A stretch of 64,000 bases of DNA from an uncultured Candidatus Soleaferrea sp. (GTDB lineage: Bacteria > Bacillota > Clostridia > Oscillospirales > Ruminococcaceae). The stretch lies in the NCBI GenBank assembly GCA_934527325.1, contig CAKTAG010000001.1, positions 26,785-90,784 on the forward strand, read 5' to 3'. Position 1 is the first letter of the stretch. Every line of letters starts with the position of its first letter. This document shows, in pieces, positions 47,457 to 57,420 of this stretch. A program made the translations under genes and the position numbers. Under the pieces are notes generated by a model. That model saw only the letters and a program-made list of their open reading frames with translations. It was not told the DNA's origin and searched no databases.

Positions 47457-48962
47457 TTAATGGGAATATTCTTTATTGGCTTTTACGTTCCACAATGGTA
47501 TACAAAGTAGTGCACCAACAAAAGCTACTAAGCCCCAGTAAACCAAAACAAGTCTAGCATCATTATATTTTTCCATGGAATGAGATAAAACTATGCCGTT
47601 AATTACATGCCCAAAAGCTGCACCAAAATAACCAAGTAAACCAGCAAAGCCAGAAGCTGCAGATGCAACTCTTTTTGACGATGATTCAACCGCACATATA
47701 CCGCCTACTAAAACTTGAGGAACACATACAGTAAACCCAGCAATACCAAGAGATGTAAATATTACAATATTTTTTAACAATTCGTTGTTGTATATTGGTG
47801 AATATTGTGAACCGCCTAACCACATGCCAAAAACAGATAAAGCACCTATAGTTAAACACCAAAAGTTTGCAGGTGCTCTACGACCTTTAAATAATTTTTC
47901 AGATATTAATGGTGCAAAAAAAGTTCCAAAAAAACCAATAGCACATAGTGTAGAAGCTTTTAAGGCTGCAAGTTTATCTATTGTTTGCAATGCCTCTAAT
48001 GATGTTGCTTTAGGTGCACTGCCAGCTAGAATTTTAAAAATCCAGTCTACAGGTCCGTTTCGGAACACATAAACACAAAAATAAATTAATGCTAAATTCC
48101 ACATTACTTTATTTTTTAAAACGTATTTTTTTAAAATTTCAAAATATGTAAGGTTAGATTCTTTATTTTTTTCTTCTTTTTCTACATCTGTTAAAGTTTC
48201 GAATTTTGTTTCACAAATTTCTTCAACATCTGGGAGCCCTATAGTTTGAGGTTTATCTCTTAACGAGAAGAACCCTATAATACCAACTGTTAAGGCTGCA
48301 ACAAAAGGAACAAAAAACATAGCTTCAAAGCCGTATTTACCAAAAGCAGATGCTATATAAGCTGTAGAGTTTAAAGCTAAAAAACTTCCAAGCTCGTGTG
48401 AAGTAGACCACCTAGCCCACCAGGTTGCTCTTGTGGCATTTGGGAACCACCTTATTAGAGATTTTGCACAATACGGAAATAACGCAGATTGAAACCAATT
48501 GCTAGCTCCCCAAAAAAGGCACATATAAATTAACATTGCTTTGTGTGAAGTAATGTAATTACTGTGAACCCATGGTGCAATAGCCACCATAACATTAAAT
48601 CCATTAGCTAATATTAAACTAATAGGCAAAGATGTTCTAACATTTCCACGGTCTGCAATAGAGCCATTTAAAAATTTACCTAAACCGTAAATTATTGAAG
48701 AAACAGCTAATATTATACCTTGATCTTTTGTTGTTATACCAATTGTTTCATTCATAAATGGCATAGCTATGCTAAAGTTCTTTCTACCTAAATAAGCAAC
48801 AATATATGTTATGTAAGAAGTTATTAAAATGGAATTGCGCCAAAATTTGTAAGTTTTTTTTATTTCAGCTTTATTTTTAATTATTGGTTTTGCATCTGGT
48901 TCGGAAAAAATACGTTGCCATAAATTTTTTTTAGTTTTAATGGTCGAGCGTGATGTAGACAT
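47457..48962 (-). CDS. MFS organophosphate:Pi antiporter family transporter (UhpC/GlpT-like)
   Basis: A 501-aa protein with 12 TM segments and an N-terminus ...YKFWRNSILITSYITYIVAYLGRKNFSIAMPFM typical of the OPA family. Confidence 0.8.
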   Translation of the reverse strand: MSTSRSTIKTKKNLWQRIFSEPDAKPIIKNKAEIKKTYKFWRNSILITSYITYIVAYLGRKNFSIAMPFMNETIGITTKDQGIILAVSSIIYGLGKFLNGSIADRGNVRTSLPISLILANGFNVMVAIAPWVHSNYITSHKAMLIYMCLFWGASNWFQSALFPYCAKSLIRWFPNATRATWWARWSTSHELGSFLALNSTAYIASAFGKYGFEAMFFVPFVAALTVGIIGFFSLRDKPQTIGLPDVEEICETKFETLTDVEKEEKNKESNLTYFEILKKYVLKNKVMWNLALIYFCVYVFRNGPVDWIFKILAGSAPKATSLEALQTIDKLAALKASTLCAIGFFGTFFAPLISEKLFKGRRAPANFWCLTIGALSVFGMWLGGSQYSPIYNNELLKNIVIFTSLGIAGFTVCVPQVLVGGICAVESSSKRVASAASGFAGLLGYFGAAFGHVINGIVLSHSMEKYNDARLVLVYWGLVAFVGALLCIPLWNVKANKEYSH

Positions 48963-49001
48963 TTAATGCCCCCTAAAATTTTAATTTATAACTTAACTAA
49001 T

Positions 49002-49044
49002 AAAAAACCATACGTTATACATTATCTGTAATGTATGGTTTTTT
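49002..49044 (-). terminator. Terminator of the upstream MFS gene
   Basis: AAAAAACCATAC pairs with GTATGGTTTTTT, with a T-run on both strands. Confidence 0.6.
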
Positions 49045-49070
49045 TTATTAGTTCAATTTATTTTATTTTA

Positions 49071-50522
49071 TTAATGAGAATAATCTTTTGTTGATTTTGT
49101 ATTCCACATAGGTAAGCATAAACAAGCACCTATAATAGCAGCAAAAATCCACATGTTAGATGCAGCTGTAAAACCCCATCTATCTATTGCTTTACCTAAA
49201 TATAGTGAACTTACAATAGCACCAACATAGCCTAATGAACCAGTAAAACCAGTTGCTGCAGCAGCAACACGTTTAGAAGCAGATTCTATAGAAGCAATAC
49301 CACCAATTAAAACTAATGGTCCATAAGTAGAAATTCCTATTAAAGCCATAATAATAAAGTCAACAGTGTTTTTTAATGCTGGTGAAAACGAAAGGTCTAT
49401 AATTGGTTCTACATCTCCATAGCTAGATGTTAACCTTAAAGCAACAAAAGCTGAAGCGCCAATCATTAAATAAGTAAAAATAGCAGGTGCTCTACGATTT
49501 TTAAATAAATATTTAGAAACAAATGGAATAGTTAATGAGCCAATAGCACCTATTATTGGTATTAATAAAACTTTAAAAACATCATTTACAGAACCGCTAT
49601 TAGACATATATTGTTTTGGTAACCAGTCCATAGGGCCCATTCTTAAGATGTAAACGAAAAAGAAAGAACCACCCATTAACCATATATTTTTATTGCATAA
49701 AAGTTCTTGTTTAAATACTTGCCAATATGTTCTGTTATCAGCTGGTTCATTTTCTTCTTTTTCAACTTTAGCTGCTAAAGTACCGCTATATTCTTCAACG
49801 TTAGGTAACCCTATAGTTACAGGTTTATCCCTTAAAGTAAATAAAGTTATAATACATACTGTAATTGAAATTAACATAGGTATGTAAAAAACATATTGCC
49901 AATGTTGAAATTTAGCAAGAACTAAGGCAGCAATACCTAAAGAAGCAGCAGAACCTAATTCATGGGAAGTAGACCACCAAGACCATATGAAAGCTCTTCT
50001 TTTATTTGAATACCAAAATGTAAGAGCTTTACCGCAAAGTGGAAAAGCAGCAGCTTGAATTAAGCCAGCTAACCCCCATGAAATAAACATAAGAACTATC
50101 ATTAACGATTTAGATTGTAAATAACCACTTGTATATAAATCTGCAGAAAAGGCTATACCCGCTGTTAAAAGGCTAGAAACACCTATAGATGCTGGTAAAG
50201 CGATTCTTAAATTAGCTTTATCTGCAAAAATTCCACCTATAAATTTACCTATGCAATATGTAGTGTAATAAATAGCCATAAGGCTGCCATAAACGTCATT
50301 AGAAATTTGAAGTGCAGATTCCATAGGGTGAATAGCTACACCAAAACTTTTTCTGCCCAAATAAGAGATAAAATAGAGTAAATATAATGAAACGAAAATT
50401 GAAATTTGAAAAATAAAGTATTTATTGCTAATTATTTTTTTGTCTGTAATAGTTGGCTTTGGATCAGGCTCGCCAAAAAGTTTACCCCAAAAAGATTTCT
50501 TTTTAATAGTGTTACTACTCAT
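49071..50522 (-). CDS. MFS organophosphate:Pi antiporter family transporter, paralog
   Basis: A 483-aa protein collinear with 47457-48962. Both end (E/D)YSH*. Confidence 0.8.
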   Translation of the reverse strand: MSSNTIKKKSFWGKLFGEPDPKPTITDKKIISNKYFIFQISIFVSLYLLYFISYLGRKSFGVAIHPMESALQISNDVYGSLMAIYYTTYCIGKFIGGIFADKANLRIALPASIGVSSLLTAGIAFSADLYTSGYLQSKSLMIVLMFISWGLAGLIQAAAFPLCGKALTFWYSNKRRAFIWSWWSTSHELGSAASLGIAALVLAKFQHWQYVFYIPMLISITVCIITLFTLRDKPVTIGLPNVEEYSGTLAAKVEKEENEPADNRTYWQVFKQELLCNKNIWLMGGSFFFVYILRMGPMDWLPKQYMSNSGSVNDVFKVLLIPIIGAIGSLTIPFVSKYLFKNRRAPAIFTYLMIGASAFVALRLTSSYGDVEPIIDLSFSPALKNTVDFIIMALIGISTYGPLVLIGGIASIESASKRVAAAATGFTGSLGYVGAIVSSLYLGKAIDRWGFTAASNMWIFAAIIGACLCLPMWNTKSTKDYSH

Positions 50523-50760
50523 TACTGATTTTAAACCAAAGTAATAATTTAACTTATTATTACTGGTTTATTAACCTCCTTAAAAAATATTTAAAGTAAC
50601 TTTTTAAATAATTGAATTTAAAAAGAAAGGATAAGAACTAATAATAAAACAATTTTTTTAATAAGTTAAAACAGTGTTTTAACTTATTAAAATGCAATAA
50701 CTAACGGATTTACCACAATCCATATTGCAAAAAAAATTATATATTAACAATACCAATAAA

Positions 50761-50789
50761 ATAATAACATATTTGTACGAATTTTTCAA
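50761..50789 (-). promoter_or_regulatory. Candidate promoter of the MFS pair
   Basis: The minus strand reads TTGAAA (50789-50784), a 17-nt spacer, then TATTAT (50766-50761). Confidence 0.45.
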
Positions 50790-50861
50790 TAGATAAAATT
50801 AATATTTATTATTCAAATTTTTTGCAAACAAATTGCTAGTAATTGTAAAGGTGTGTAATTT

Positions 50862-52190
50862 TTATATTCCTTCAGAGCTTTCTGGAATAAAAATTACTTT
50901 TATAGTTAAAAAAACTAATTTTAAATCTTGCAATATTGAATAAGATTCAATGTACATTAAATCCATAATTAATTTATCTATTGGCGGAGTATTATATTTA
51001 CCCTTTATTTGAGCAAAACCAGTTATGCCAGCTTTAACTTTTGTTCTATATTCAAAAGCAGGAATTTCAGCAACATTTTTAGCTATAATTTCTGGCCTTT
51101 CGGGCCGTGGGCCAACAATACTCATATCTCCTTTTAATATATTTATGAGTTGAGGTAGCTCGTCTATGCGTAACATTCTTATAATTTTCCCTATAGGTGT
51201 TATTCTAGAATCATTTTTAGAGGCTAACCTGGCAATACCATCTTTTTCAGCATCTACAATCATGCTTCTAAATTTATATAATTTAAACACCTTGTTATGT
51301 ATTGTAACTCTATTTTGAATAAAAAATATAGGACCAAAATCGTACAGCTTAATGAAAATAGCGGTAATAATAATTATTGGTAAAGTAATAATAAGTAAAA
51401 TAGAACTTAAAATTAAATCAAAAACTCGCTTTATTATTTGTTGTTCAACAGAAAGTTCTTTATAATTACAAGCTAAAGTTGGTGTATCAGATATTTGAAA
51501 AAAAGATGCTTTGTTTATTAATATATCTGAAATTAATGGAATAAAGTAGACAGATATGTTGTGTTTATAACAGTAATCTATTATTATTTTTCTGTATTCT
51601 AAATCAATTTTACATAAAAATACTATTTTGGCAGATTTTATACATTCGAAAATAGAATCTAGATCTTGATTTGTAGAAATAATATCTTTTAAAATATATT
51701 TATCTGGTCTAGATTTTATTTTATTTATTAAAGAGTTAATGTTAACTTCTTTATTATTATGAATTATAATAGTATTTTTAGGTGGGTAAAATTTATTATA
51801 AAAATAAGAAAACACAATAGAAGAAGCAACAGATATTCCTAAGTTTGCTACCATAATAACAATAATAGGAATAATATTTAGCCAGTTATTAAATAAAATA
51901 CATAATTGAAAATAGGTGAATATTAAGGCTAAAATACCAGAAAGATTCTGTGAATAAACAGAATCTGATATTTTATTTTCACCTAATTTAAAACCGCCAT
52001 ATATATAATTTAATATTAAAAATAAGCTGCCATACGTGGAACTAGATGTACCTAAGTTAATTGAAAAAAATTTAGTAAATGGGTAATTTTTGTAAGCTAT
52101 GGTTAAAAAAGCAAGAAAAAACATTAAAAATATAAATATTTTTAATGCTATAATAATAGAAATTTTAGATATATAAATTTTTTTAATCAT
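50862..52190 (-). CDS. Polyprenyl-phosphate glycosyl-1-phosphate transferase (bacterial sugar transferase, WbaP/EpsL type)
   Basis: The C-terminal domain contains KRVFDLILS...KFRSM..DAE...DELPQLINILKGDMSIVGPRPE. Confidence 0.88.
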   Translation of the reverse strand: MIKKIYISKISIIIALKIFIFLMFFLAFLTIAYKNYPFTKFFSINLGTSSSTYGSLFLILNYIYGGFKLGENKISDSVYSQNLSGILALIFTYFQLCILFNNWLNIIPIIVIMVANLGISVASSIVFSYFYNKFYPPKNTIIIHNNKEVNINSLINKIKSRPDKYILKDIISTNQDLDSIFECIKSAKIVFLCKIDLEYRKIIIDYCYKHNISVYFIPLISDILINKASFFQISDTPTLACNYKELSVEQQIIKRVFDLILSSILLIITLPIIIITAIFIKLYDFGPIFFIQNRVTIHNKVFKLYKFRSMIVDAEKDGIARLASKNDSRITPIGKIIRMLRIDELPQLINILKGDMSIVGPRPERPEIIAKNVAEIPAFEYRTKVKAGITGFAQIKGKYNTPPIDKLIMDLMYIESYSILQDLKLVFLTIKVIFIPESSEGI

Positions 52191-53475
52191 TATTTGAGGA
52201 CCCTATTTGTTTTATAAGGTTTTCGTGTTCTACATTTCTTGGTTGGTTGAAAATGGATTTGTAAGGAGAAACATTATGGTTTTTGTGGCTTATAGCAAAA
52301 ACTTGGTTGCAAAAACCTAAAAACAAAATAGTAACTATGGCAGTTATATAATAAGATTTTGCTTCATTATATTTTTCTTGTGCTTTTTTTAATTCATAGC
52401 TTTTTAGTTCTAATGGTTTGCCTACTATATTTTTTTGTTCCATATCAGATATAGATTGTTTTATATCGCATATTTTTTGTTTCATATCTTGGCTTGGAGT
52501 TAAACAAGCTACAATTTCTGAACCTAAAATTATAGATGTAATATATAAACAATTAGATGGTCGTTCTATTAGTAGATGTTTAGTTAATAAAATCCAAAAA
52601 GGCAAAGTGTATATTGAAAAATTGATTAATACTATGTTATCTGGGTTACGTTCTAGTAATTTGTTCTTCATTAATATAGCTGTTAAACAATAAATAAATG
52701 GTACAAAAACAAAAATCCAAGACATAGGGCTCATAAAGCTTTTTAGTTCACCAGATTTTAAATCATAAGATTGGTAAATATATTTAGTGGCAAAATTAAT
52801 TATATAATCACAGAATATATAAGCTAGTAGAGTTAATGAACTATAAAAAGAAAGTGTTTTCCAGTTAACATTAAGTTTAGCAATAAAATAAACAGGTAAC
52901 ATAATAATAGCAGATTTATGAATACTCATAGCCAGTAATAATACCAATAAAAATGGTAAAAATCTTCTTTTTTGAATATATTTTATACCGTATAAAAAAA
53001 CTATAGCAGAAAAATATTGACGTACCAAATTCATGGTTCCAAAAAAGAATCCAAAAGTTACAAATAAATAAACGCTTATCCATGGTTCAGCAGAGTTTTT
53101 ATAAATATAAACCATTAAAACAAATAGTATAATAAATCCTAACAATATATACATAACAATAATATCGTTTGTGATTAAAGAAATTAATTTTAATAGTAAA
53201 TTAAATCCAGGTTCAACAGGGCCTTTAAATGTTAAAATATCTATAAAAGATAGTTGTTTGCATTCATTTAACAATCTAAAATAGTTAAAATAATCATACC
53301 CTATACCATACCGGAATGCAAAAATAAACAACATAAACATACCGGTTGCAGTTAAAAATATAAATGTTTTTAATTTAGAAGGTTTATAAGCACATAACAG
53401 CAAACCTAAACCTACAATAATTAATAAATTGATATCATAAATATAATTACAAAAAATTGACACAAAAATACACAC
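52183..53475 (-). CDS. EpsG-family polysaccharide polymerase-like membrane protein
   Basis: A polytopic protein with YGIGYDYFNYFRL (EpsG motif) and a C-terminal tail of about 100 aa. The start codon is uncertain. Confidence 0.7.
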   Translation of the reverse strand: MCIFVSIFCNYIYDINLLIIVGLGLLLCAYKPSKLKTFIFLTATGMFMLFIFAFRYGIGYDYFNYFRLLNECKQLSFIDILTFKGPVEPGFNLLLKLISLITNDIIVMYILLGFIILFVLMVYIYKNSAEPWISVYLFVTFGFFFGTMNLVRQYFSAIVFLYGIKYIQKRRFLPFLLVLLLAMSIHKSAIIMLPVYFIAKLNVNWKTLSFYSSLTLLAYIFCDYIINFATKYIYQSYDLKSGELKSFMSPMSWIFVFVPFIYCLTAILMKNKLLERNPDNIVLINFSIYTLPFWILLTKHLLIERPSNCLYITSIILGSEIVACLTPSQDMKQKICDIKQSISDMEQKNIVGKPLELKSYELKKAQEKYNEAKSYYITAIVTILFLGFCNQVFAISHKNHNVSPYKSIFNQPRNVEHENLIKQIGSSNND

Positions 53476-53507
53476 ACTTTCTTATTTAAATTTATTATGT
53501 TTAATAG

Positions 53508-54437
53508 TTAAAGAGATTTTTCTTTTATTATGTATATGGGTCTTTTTTTAGTTTCAAGGTATGCTTTAGCAAGGTATTGGCCAACTATTCCAGTGCAAAA
53601 TAATTGTAAACCACTTACTAAAAATATAATACAAATTGTAGAAGGCCAACCAGAAACGGGGTCACTAAAAATTAAAGTTCTTATTATTATAAATAATATT
53701 AATAAAAATGAAAATAGAAAAAACAAAATACCAATAACAGATGCAATAGCTAATGGTGCAGTTGAGAATGCTACTATTCCATCTATAGAATATAAAAATA
53801 ACTTCCAGAAAGACCACTTGGTTTTACCTGCTATACGGTTTTGATTTTCATATTCTAGCCATTTAGTTTTGAACCCTACCCAACTAAATATTCCCTTCGA
53901 GAATCTGTTATATTCATTCATTGATAAAATAGCATTTACCATTTGTTTAGTCATTAATCTAAAATCTCGTGCACCATCAACAATGTTAGTATTGGATATT
54001 TTGTTTATTAATTTATAAAAACATCTTGCAAAGAATGAACGTATAGGAGGTTCATTCTTTCTATCTACTCTTCTAGTAGCAACGCAATCGTATTCTTCTG
54101 TTTTTAATATATTGTACATTTGTTTTATAAGTGATGGAGGATCTTGTAAATCAACGTCCATTACACCAATATAGTCACCAGTAGCTTCATTAAGCCCAGC
54201 ATATAAAGCAGATTCTTTTCCAAAATTTCGAGAAAAAGATAAATATTTGAATCGATGGTCACGGTTAGATATTTCTCTTATTATTTCTAATGTATGGTCG
54301 TGAGAACCATCATCTACAAAAATAACTTCTAAATTAACATCGGGCAACTGTTTAAAAGTATTGCAAATTTCTTTGTAAAAATAAGGTATAGCATCTTGTT
54401 CGTTATAACATGGAACAACTATTGAAATTGTTTTCAT
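53508..54437 (-). CDS. Family 2 glycosyltransferase with C-terminal TM pair (GtrB/CsbB-like polyprenyl-phosphate glycosyltransferase)
   Basis: ISIVVPCYNEQD, FVDDGSHD, DVDLQDPP, and 2 C-terminal TM segments. Confidence 0.85.
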   Translation of the reverse strand: MKTISIVVPCYNEQDAIPYFYKEICNTFKQLPDVNLEVIFVDDGSHDHTLEIIREISNRDHRFKYLSFSRNFGKESALYAGLNEATGDYIGVMDVDLQDPPSLIKQMYNILKTEEYDCVATRRVDRKNEPPIRSFFARCFYKLINKISNTNIVDGARDFRLMTKQMVNAILSMNEYNRFSKGIFSWVGFKTKWLEYENQNRIAGKTKWSFWKLFLYSIDGIVAFSTAPLAIASVIGILFFLFSFLLILFIIIRTLIFSDPVSGWPSTICIIFLVSGLQLFCTGIVGQYLAKAYLETKKRPIYIIKEKSL

Positions 54438-54542
54438 TAAAAACACCGTCCTAATACTTGTTTTATGGAATAAAATAATATATAATGTTTAATTGTTGGT
54501 TTTTATGTAATATGTAATAAAAAAAGGAGAAATAGAAAAATT

Positions 54543-55061
54543 ATGATAAAAGAACTTTTATATGTTTTTTTTATATCTATGTTACCAGTAGTAGAATTAC
54601 GGGGGGCAATTCCTTATGGAATAGCTATGGGGTTACCTTTACATATAACTTACATTATAGCTGTTATTGGTAATTTAATACCGGTTCCATTTTTAATAAT
54701 GTTTGCAAAAAATGTTTTACAGTGGTTATCTACATCACCAAAAGCAGGAAAATTAGTTTTGAAATTAAATTTTAAAACTAAAAAAATTGAATTTTCAATT
54801 CAAAAATTTTGTTTAAAAATAATTAACAAAGCTGATGAAAAAGCTGCTAAAATTGGCAAATATGAGCTTTGGGGGTTATTTGTTTTTGTTGCAATACCTA
54901 TACCAGGAACAGGAGCATGGACAGGCTCGCTTATAGCAGCAACATTAAGGTTAAGGTTAATACCTTCTATTATAGCAATATTTTTTGGGGTATTATCTAG
55001 CGGGGTAATAATGAGTGTAATTTCTTGGGTTTGGAAATGGATTGTAAATATTTTTATTTAG
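54543..55061 (+). CDS. COG2426 small membrane protein (annotated 'small multidrug export' family)
   Basis: PVVELRGAIPYGIAMGL motif and 4-5 TM segments. Confidence 0.65.
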   Translation: MIKELLYVFFISMLPVVELRGAIPYGIAMGLPLHITYIIAVIGNLIPVPFLIMFAKNVLQWLSTSPKAGKLVLKLNFKTKKIEFSIQKFCLKIINKADEKAAKIGKYELWGLFVFVAIPIPGTGAWTGSLIAATLRLRLIPSIIAIFFGVLSSGVIMSVISWVWKWIVNIFI

Positions 55062-55120
55062 CTATATAAATATACCATAATATAAAATAAAAATCAATCA
55101 ATAGAAATTAAAAAGAAAAT

Positions 55121-55175
55121 AAAAAAATAAATTGCTACCTTAAAAAAATTTAATAAGGTGCAATTTATTTTTTTA
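55121..55175. terminator. Bidirectional terminator
   Basis: AAATAAATTGCTACCTT pairs with AAGGTGCAATTTATTT, between convergent genes. Confidence 0.55.
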
Positions 55176-55177
55176 TT

Positions 55178-56344
55178 TTATATATTGGTTATATTAAGTA
55201 TTAGTCTTTTAAATGCGTTAATAAAATTAATTTTATTAACATTTTTAGATGCGATTATAGGATATTCCAGCATTTTGTTTTTATTAACTGTAACTGTAAC
55301 AGTACCTATTATTTGGTTTTCTAATATTGGAGCGCATATTTTTTTTGGCAATTTTATTTCTTGAACAATATTATTAATTTTAGTTTTTTCTACTAAAATT
55401 TTATTAGGTTTATTAGCTTTTAACCCAACATACTCTTCTTCGCCTTTTTCTACTTTTAAGTTGTGTAATTTACTTTGAATATCTTCTGGTTCTACATATA
55501 CATAATTATCAAAGCCATAATTTAATAACATTTTAGACATATGAAATCTATCTTCTGTATTTTGAGCTCCCATAACAACACTTATTAAAGATAACTCATC
55601 TCTTGTAGCTGAAGCAGCTAAACAGCAGCCAGCATTGTCGCTTGTTCCTGTTTTTAAACCATTTGTTCCTGGGTAAAACCTTATTAACTTATTAGTATTA
55701 ACAAGTTTTGTTTTGCCATTTCTTAATTCTGTCATCCAGATTTTTGTATATTCAAATATTTTTTCATGTTTTAGTAATTCACAAGCCATTATAGCTACTT
55801 CTTTTGCAGTTGTAAATTGGTTGTCAGCATCTAGCCCTGTGCAATTTTTAAATTGTGTAGATTTCAACTTCATGAGTTTTGCTCGTTCGTTCATCATGTT
55901 TACAAAATTTTGTTCGCTTCCAGCTATTTTTTCTGCAAAAACAACGGTGGCGTCATTAGCTGATGAAATAATAACAGCTTTTAGCAAATCTTTAACAGAC
56001 ATTTCTTCTCCCTTATCTAGCCAAATTTGGGAGCCGTTAATAGAATTAGCATATTCTGAACAAGTTAATAATTCATCTTCTAATAAATTACCTTTTTCTA
56101 TATTTTCGAATATAAGTATTAAAGACATTATTTTAGTAAGTGAGGCAGGAGCTAGTTTTTTATCGCAGTTATATTCATATAAAATATTTCCTGTTTTGCT
56201 ATCCATTAATATAGCCGATTGAGATAATATTTCTATTGGTTCTTGAGCAAATGTTTTGGTAGATAAAAATTGAATAAAACATATATTGGCAATAATAAAG
56301 TATGTGATATATTTATTAAATTTTTTATTCATAATATTTTTCAC
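55178..56344 (-). CDS. D-alanyl-D-alanine carboxypeptidase (S11, PBP5/DacF-like)
   Basis: Signal peptide plus the motifs SLTK (SxxK), SAND (SxN) and KTGT. Confidence 0.9.
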   Translation of the reverse strand: MKNIMNKKFNKYITYFIIANICFIQFLSTKTFAQEPIEILSQSAILMDSKTGNILYEYNCDKKLAPASLTKIMSLILIFENIEKGNLLEDELLTCSEYANSINGSQIWLDKGEEMSVKDLLKAVIISSANDATVVFAEKIAGSEQNFVNMMNERAKLMKLKSTQFKNCTGLDADNQFTTAKEVAIMACELLKHEKIFEYTKIWMTELRNGKTKLVNTNKLIRFYPGTNGLKTGTSDNAGCCLAASATRDELSLISVVMGAQNTEDRFHMSKMLLNYGFDNYVYVEPEDIQSKLHNLKVEKGEEEYVGLKANKPNKILVEKTKINNIVQEIKLPKKICAPILENQIIGTVTVTVNKNKMLEYPIIASKNVNKINFINAFKRLILNITNI

Positions 56345-56644
56345 CTATATTTTTTATAAATTAAATTTTGTAAATAAATTGTTTATACAATTATTAATAT
56401 GTTTACAAGGGTATTAAAATACTTGTTTTTTATTTTTATATTTGTAATATTGAATGACTTTATTGAATATAAATTAAATATAGAGTTTAGAAAATAAAAA
56501 AAGTTTGAAATGATTTTTTGTTATGTTTTAACTTACTATGTAAAATTTTTAATCATTAACCCTTGATTTTTATTTTTAAAAATGATTTATTTAATGTTAC
56601 AATTTAAAGTTAATTAAAAAAATAAAAATTTTTTAAAAAAGGTA

Positions 56645-56673
56645 TTGACATTGTAACTGAACTAGTATATAAT
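56645..56673 (+). promoter_or_regulatory. Perfect-consensus sigma-70 promoter of the 5-tRNA operon
   Basis: TTGACA (56645-56650), a 17-nt spacer, then TATAAT (56668-56673). Confidence 0.7.
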
Positions 56674-56741
56674 AAAATACGTCGCTAGGCGGTGAATAAT
56701 TAATTTGGTGAATAATTAATTCATTGGTTATGGTGATGTGT

Positions 56742-56817
56742 GGGAGCATAGCTCAGCTGGGAGAGCACCTGCCTTACAAGCAGGGGGTCACAGGTTCGAG
56801 CCCTGTTGTTCCCACCA
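56742..56817 (+). tRNA. tRNA-Val(UAC)
   Basis: GGGAGCATAGCTCAGCTGGGAGAGCACCTGCCTTACAAGCAGG...GGTTCGAGCC...CCCACCA. Confidence 0.93.
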
Positions 56818-56824
56818 CGATGTT

Positions 56825-56901
56825 GGCCCGGTAGTTCAGTTGGTTAGAACGCTAGCCTGTCACGCTAGAGGTCGAGGGTTCGACTCCCTTCCGGGTCGCC
56901 A
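56825..56901 (+). tRNA. tRNA-Asp(GUC)
   Basis: GGCCCGGTAGTTCAGTTGGTTAGAACGCTAGCCTGTCACGCTAG...GGTTCGACTCC...GCCA. Confidence 0.93.
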
Positions 56902-56911
56902 TTTACATTTT

Positions 56912-56987
<76 letters not shown>

Positions 56988-57023
56988 GTTTTGATATTGA
57001 TTAAATTGGTTTTGTATTTTATT

Positions 57024-57099
57024 GCGGGTTTAGCTCATCTGGTAGAGCGCCACCTTGCCAAGGTGGAGGTAGCGAGTTCGAGCCTCGTAACCCGCTCCA
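57024..57099 (+). tRNA. tRNA-Gly(GCC)
   Basis: GCGGGTTTAGCTCATCTGGTAGAGCGCCACCTTGCCAAGGTGG...AGTTCGAGCC...CTCCA. Confidence 0.93.
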
Positions 57100-57172
57100 T
57101 TTTGTTTTAGATGATGTGAAAAATTAATCTTAAATATTATTTTTATTTAGATTATTTTTTGCTTTTTTATTT

Positions 57173-57246
<74 letters not shown>

Positions 57247-57298
57247 GTTTATTGATTATTCATTTTTTAACATCTTTCAAATTATACATTTATAGTTG

Positions 57299-57345
57299 TC
57301 ATCTATAAGATGGATTTGTAAATCCTAATTATAGATGATTTTTTT
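57299..57345 (+). terminator. tRNA operon terminator
   Basis: A 10-bp outer stem, TCATCTATAA with TTATAGATGA, plus an inner GGATTT/AAATCC stem, then a T7 run. Confidence 0.75.
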
Positions 57346-57420
57346 CTAAATATTTATATTAAATTAAATATTATTATACCATCTAACAAAGCTAGGTGGT
57401 TTTTAAATATTAAAAGAAGG

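Noticed and set aside
50656-50692. The 17-bp perfect hairpin as a simple terminator of the EPS genes.
   Set aside because: No U-run follows it on either strand, and it lies downstream of the best promoter candidate for the MFS genes. I kept it as part of the leader finding instead.
57378-57408. The hairpin ACCATCTA/TAGGTGGT plus TTTT, 13 nt before the alr start, as an attenuator or riboswitch.
   Set aside because: It is short and isolated, with no alternative pairing or conserved motif visible. It is more likely a weak secondary terminator after the tRNA operon.
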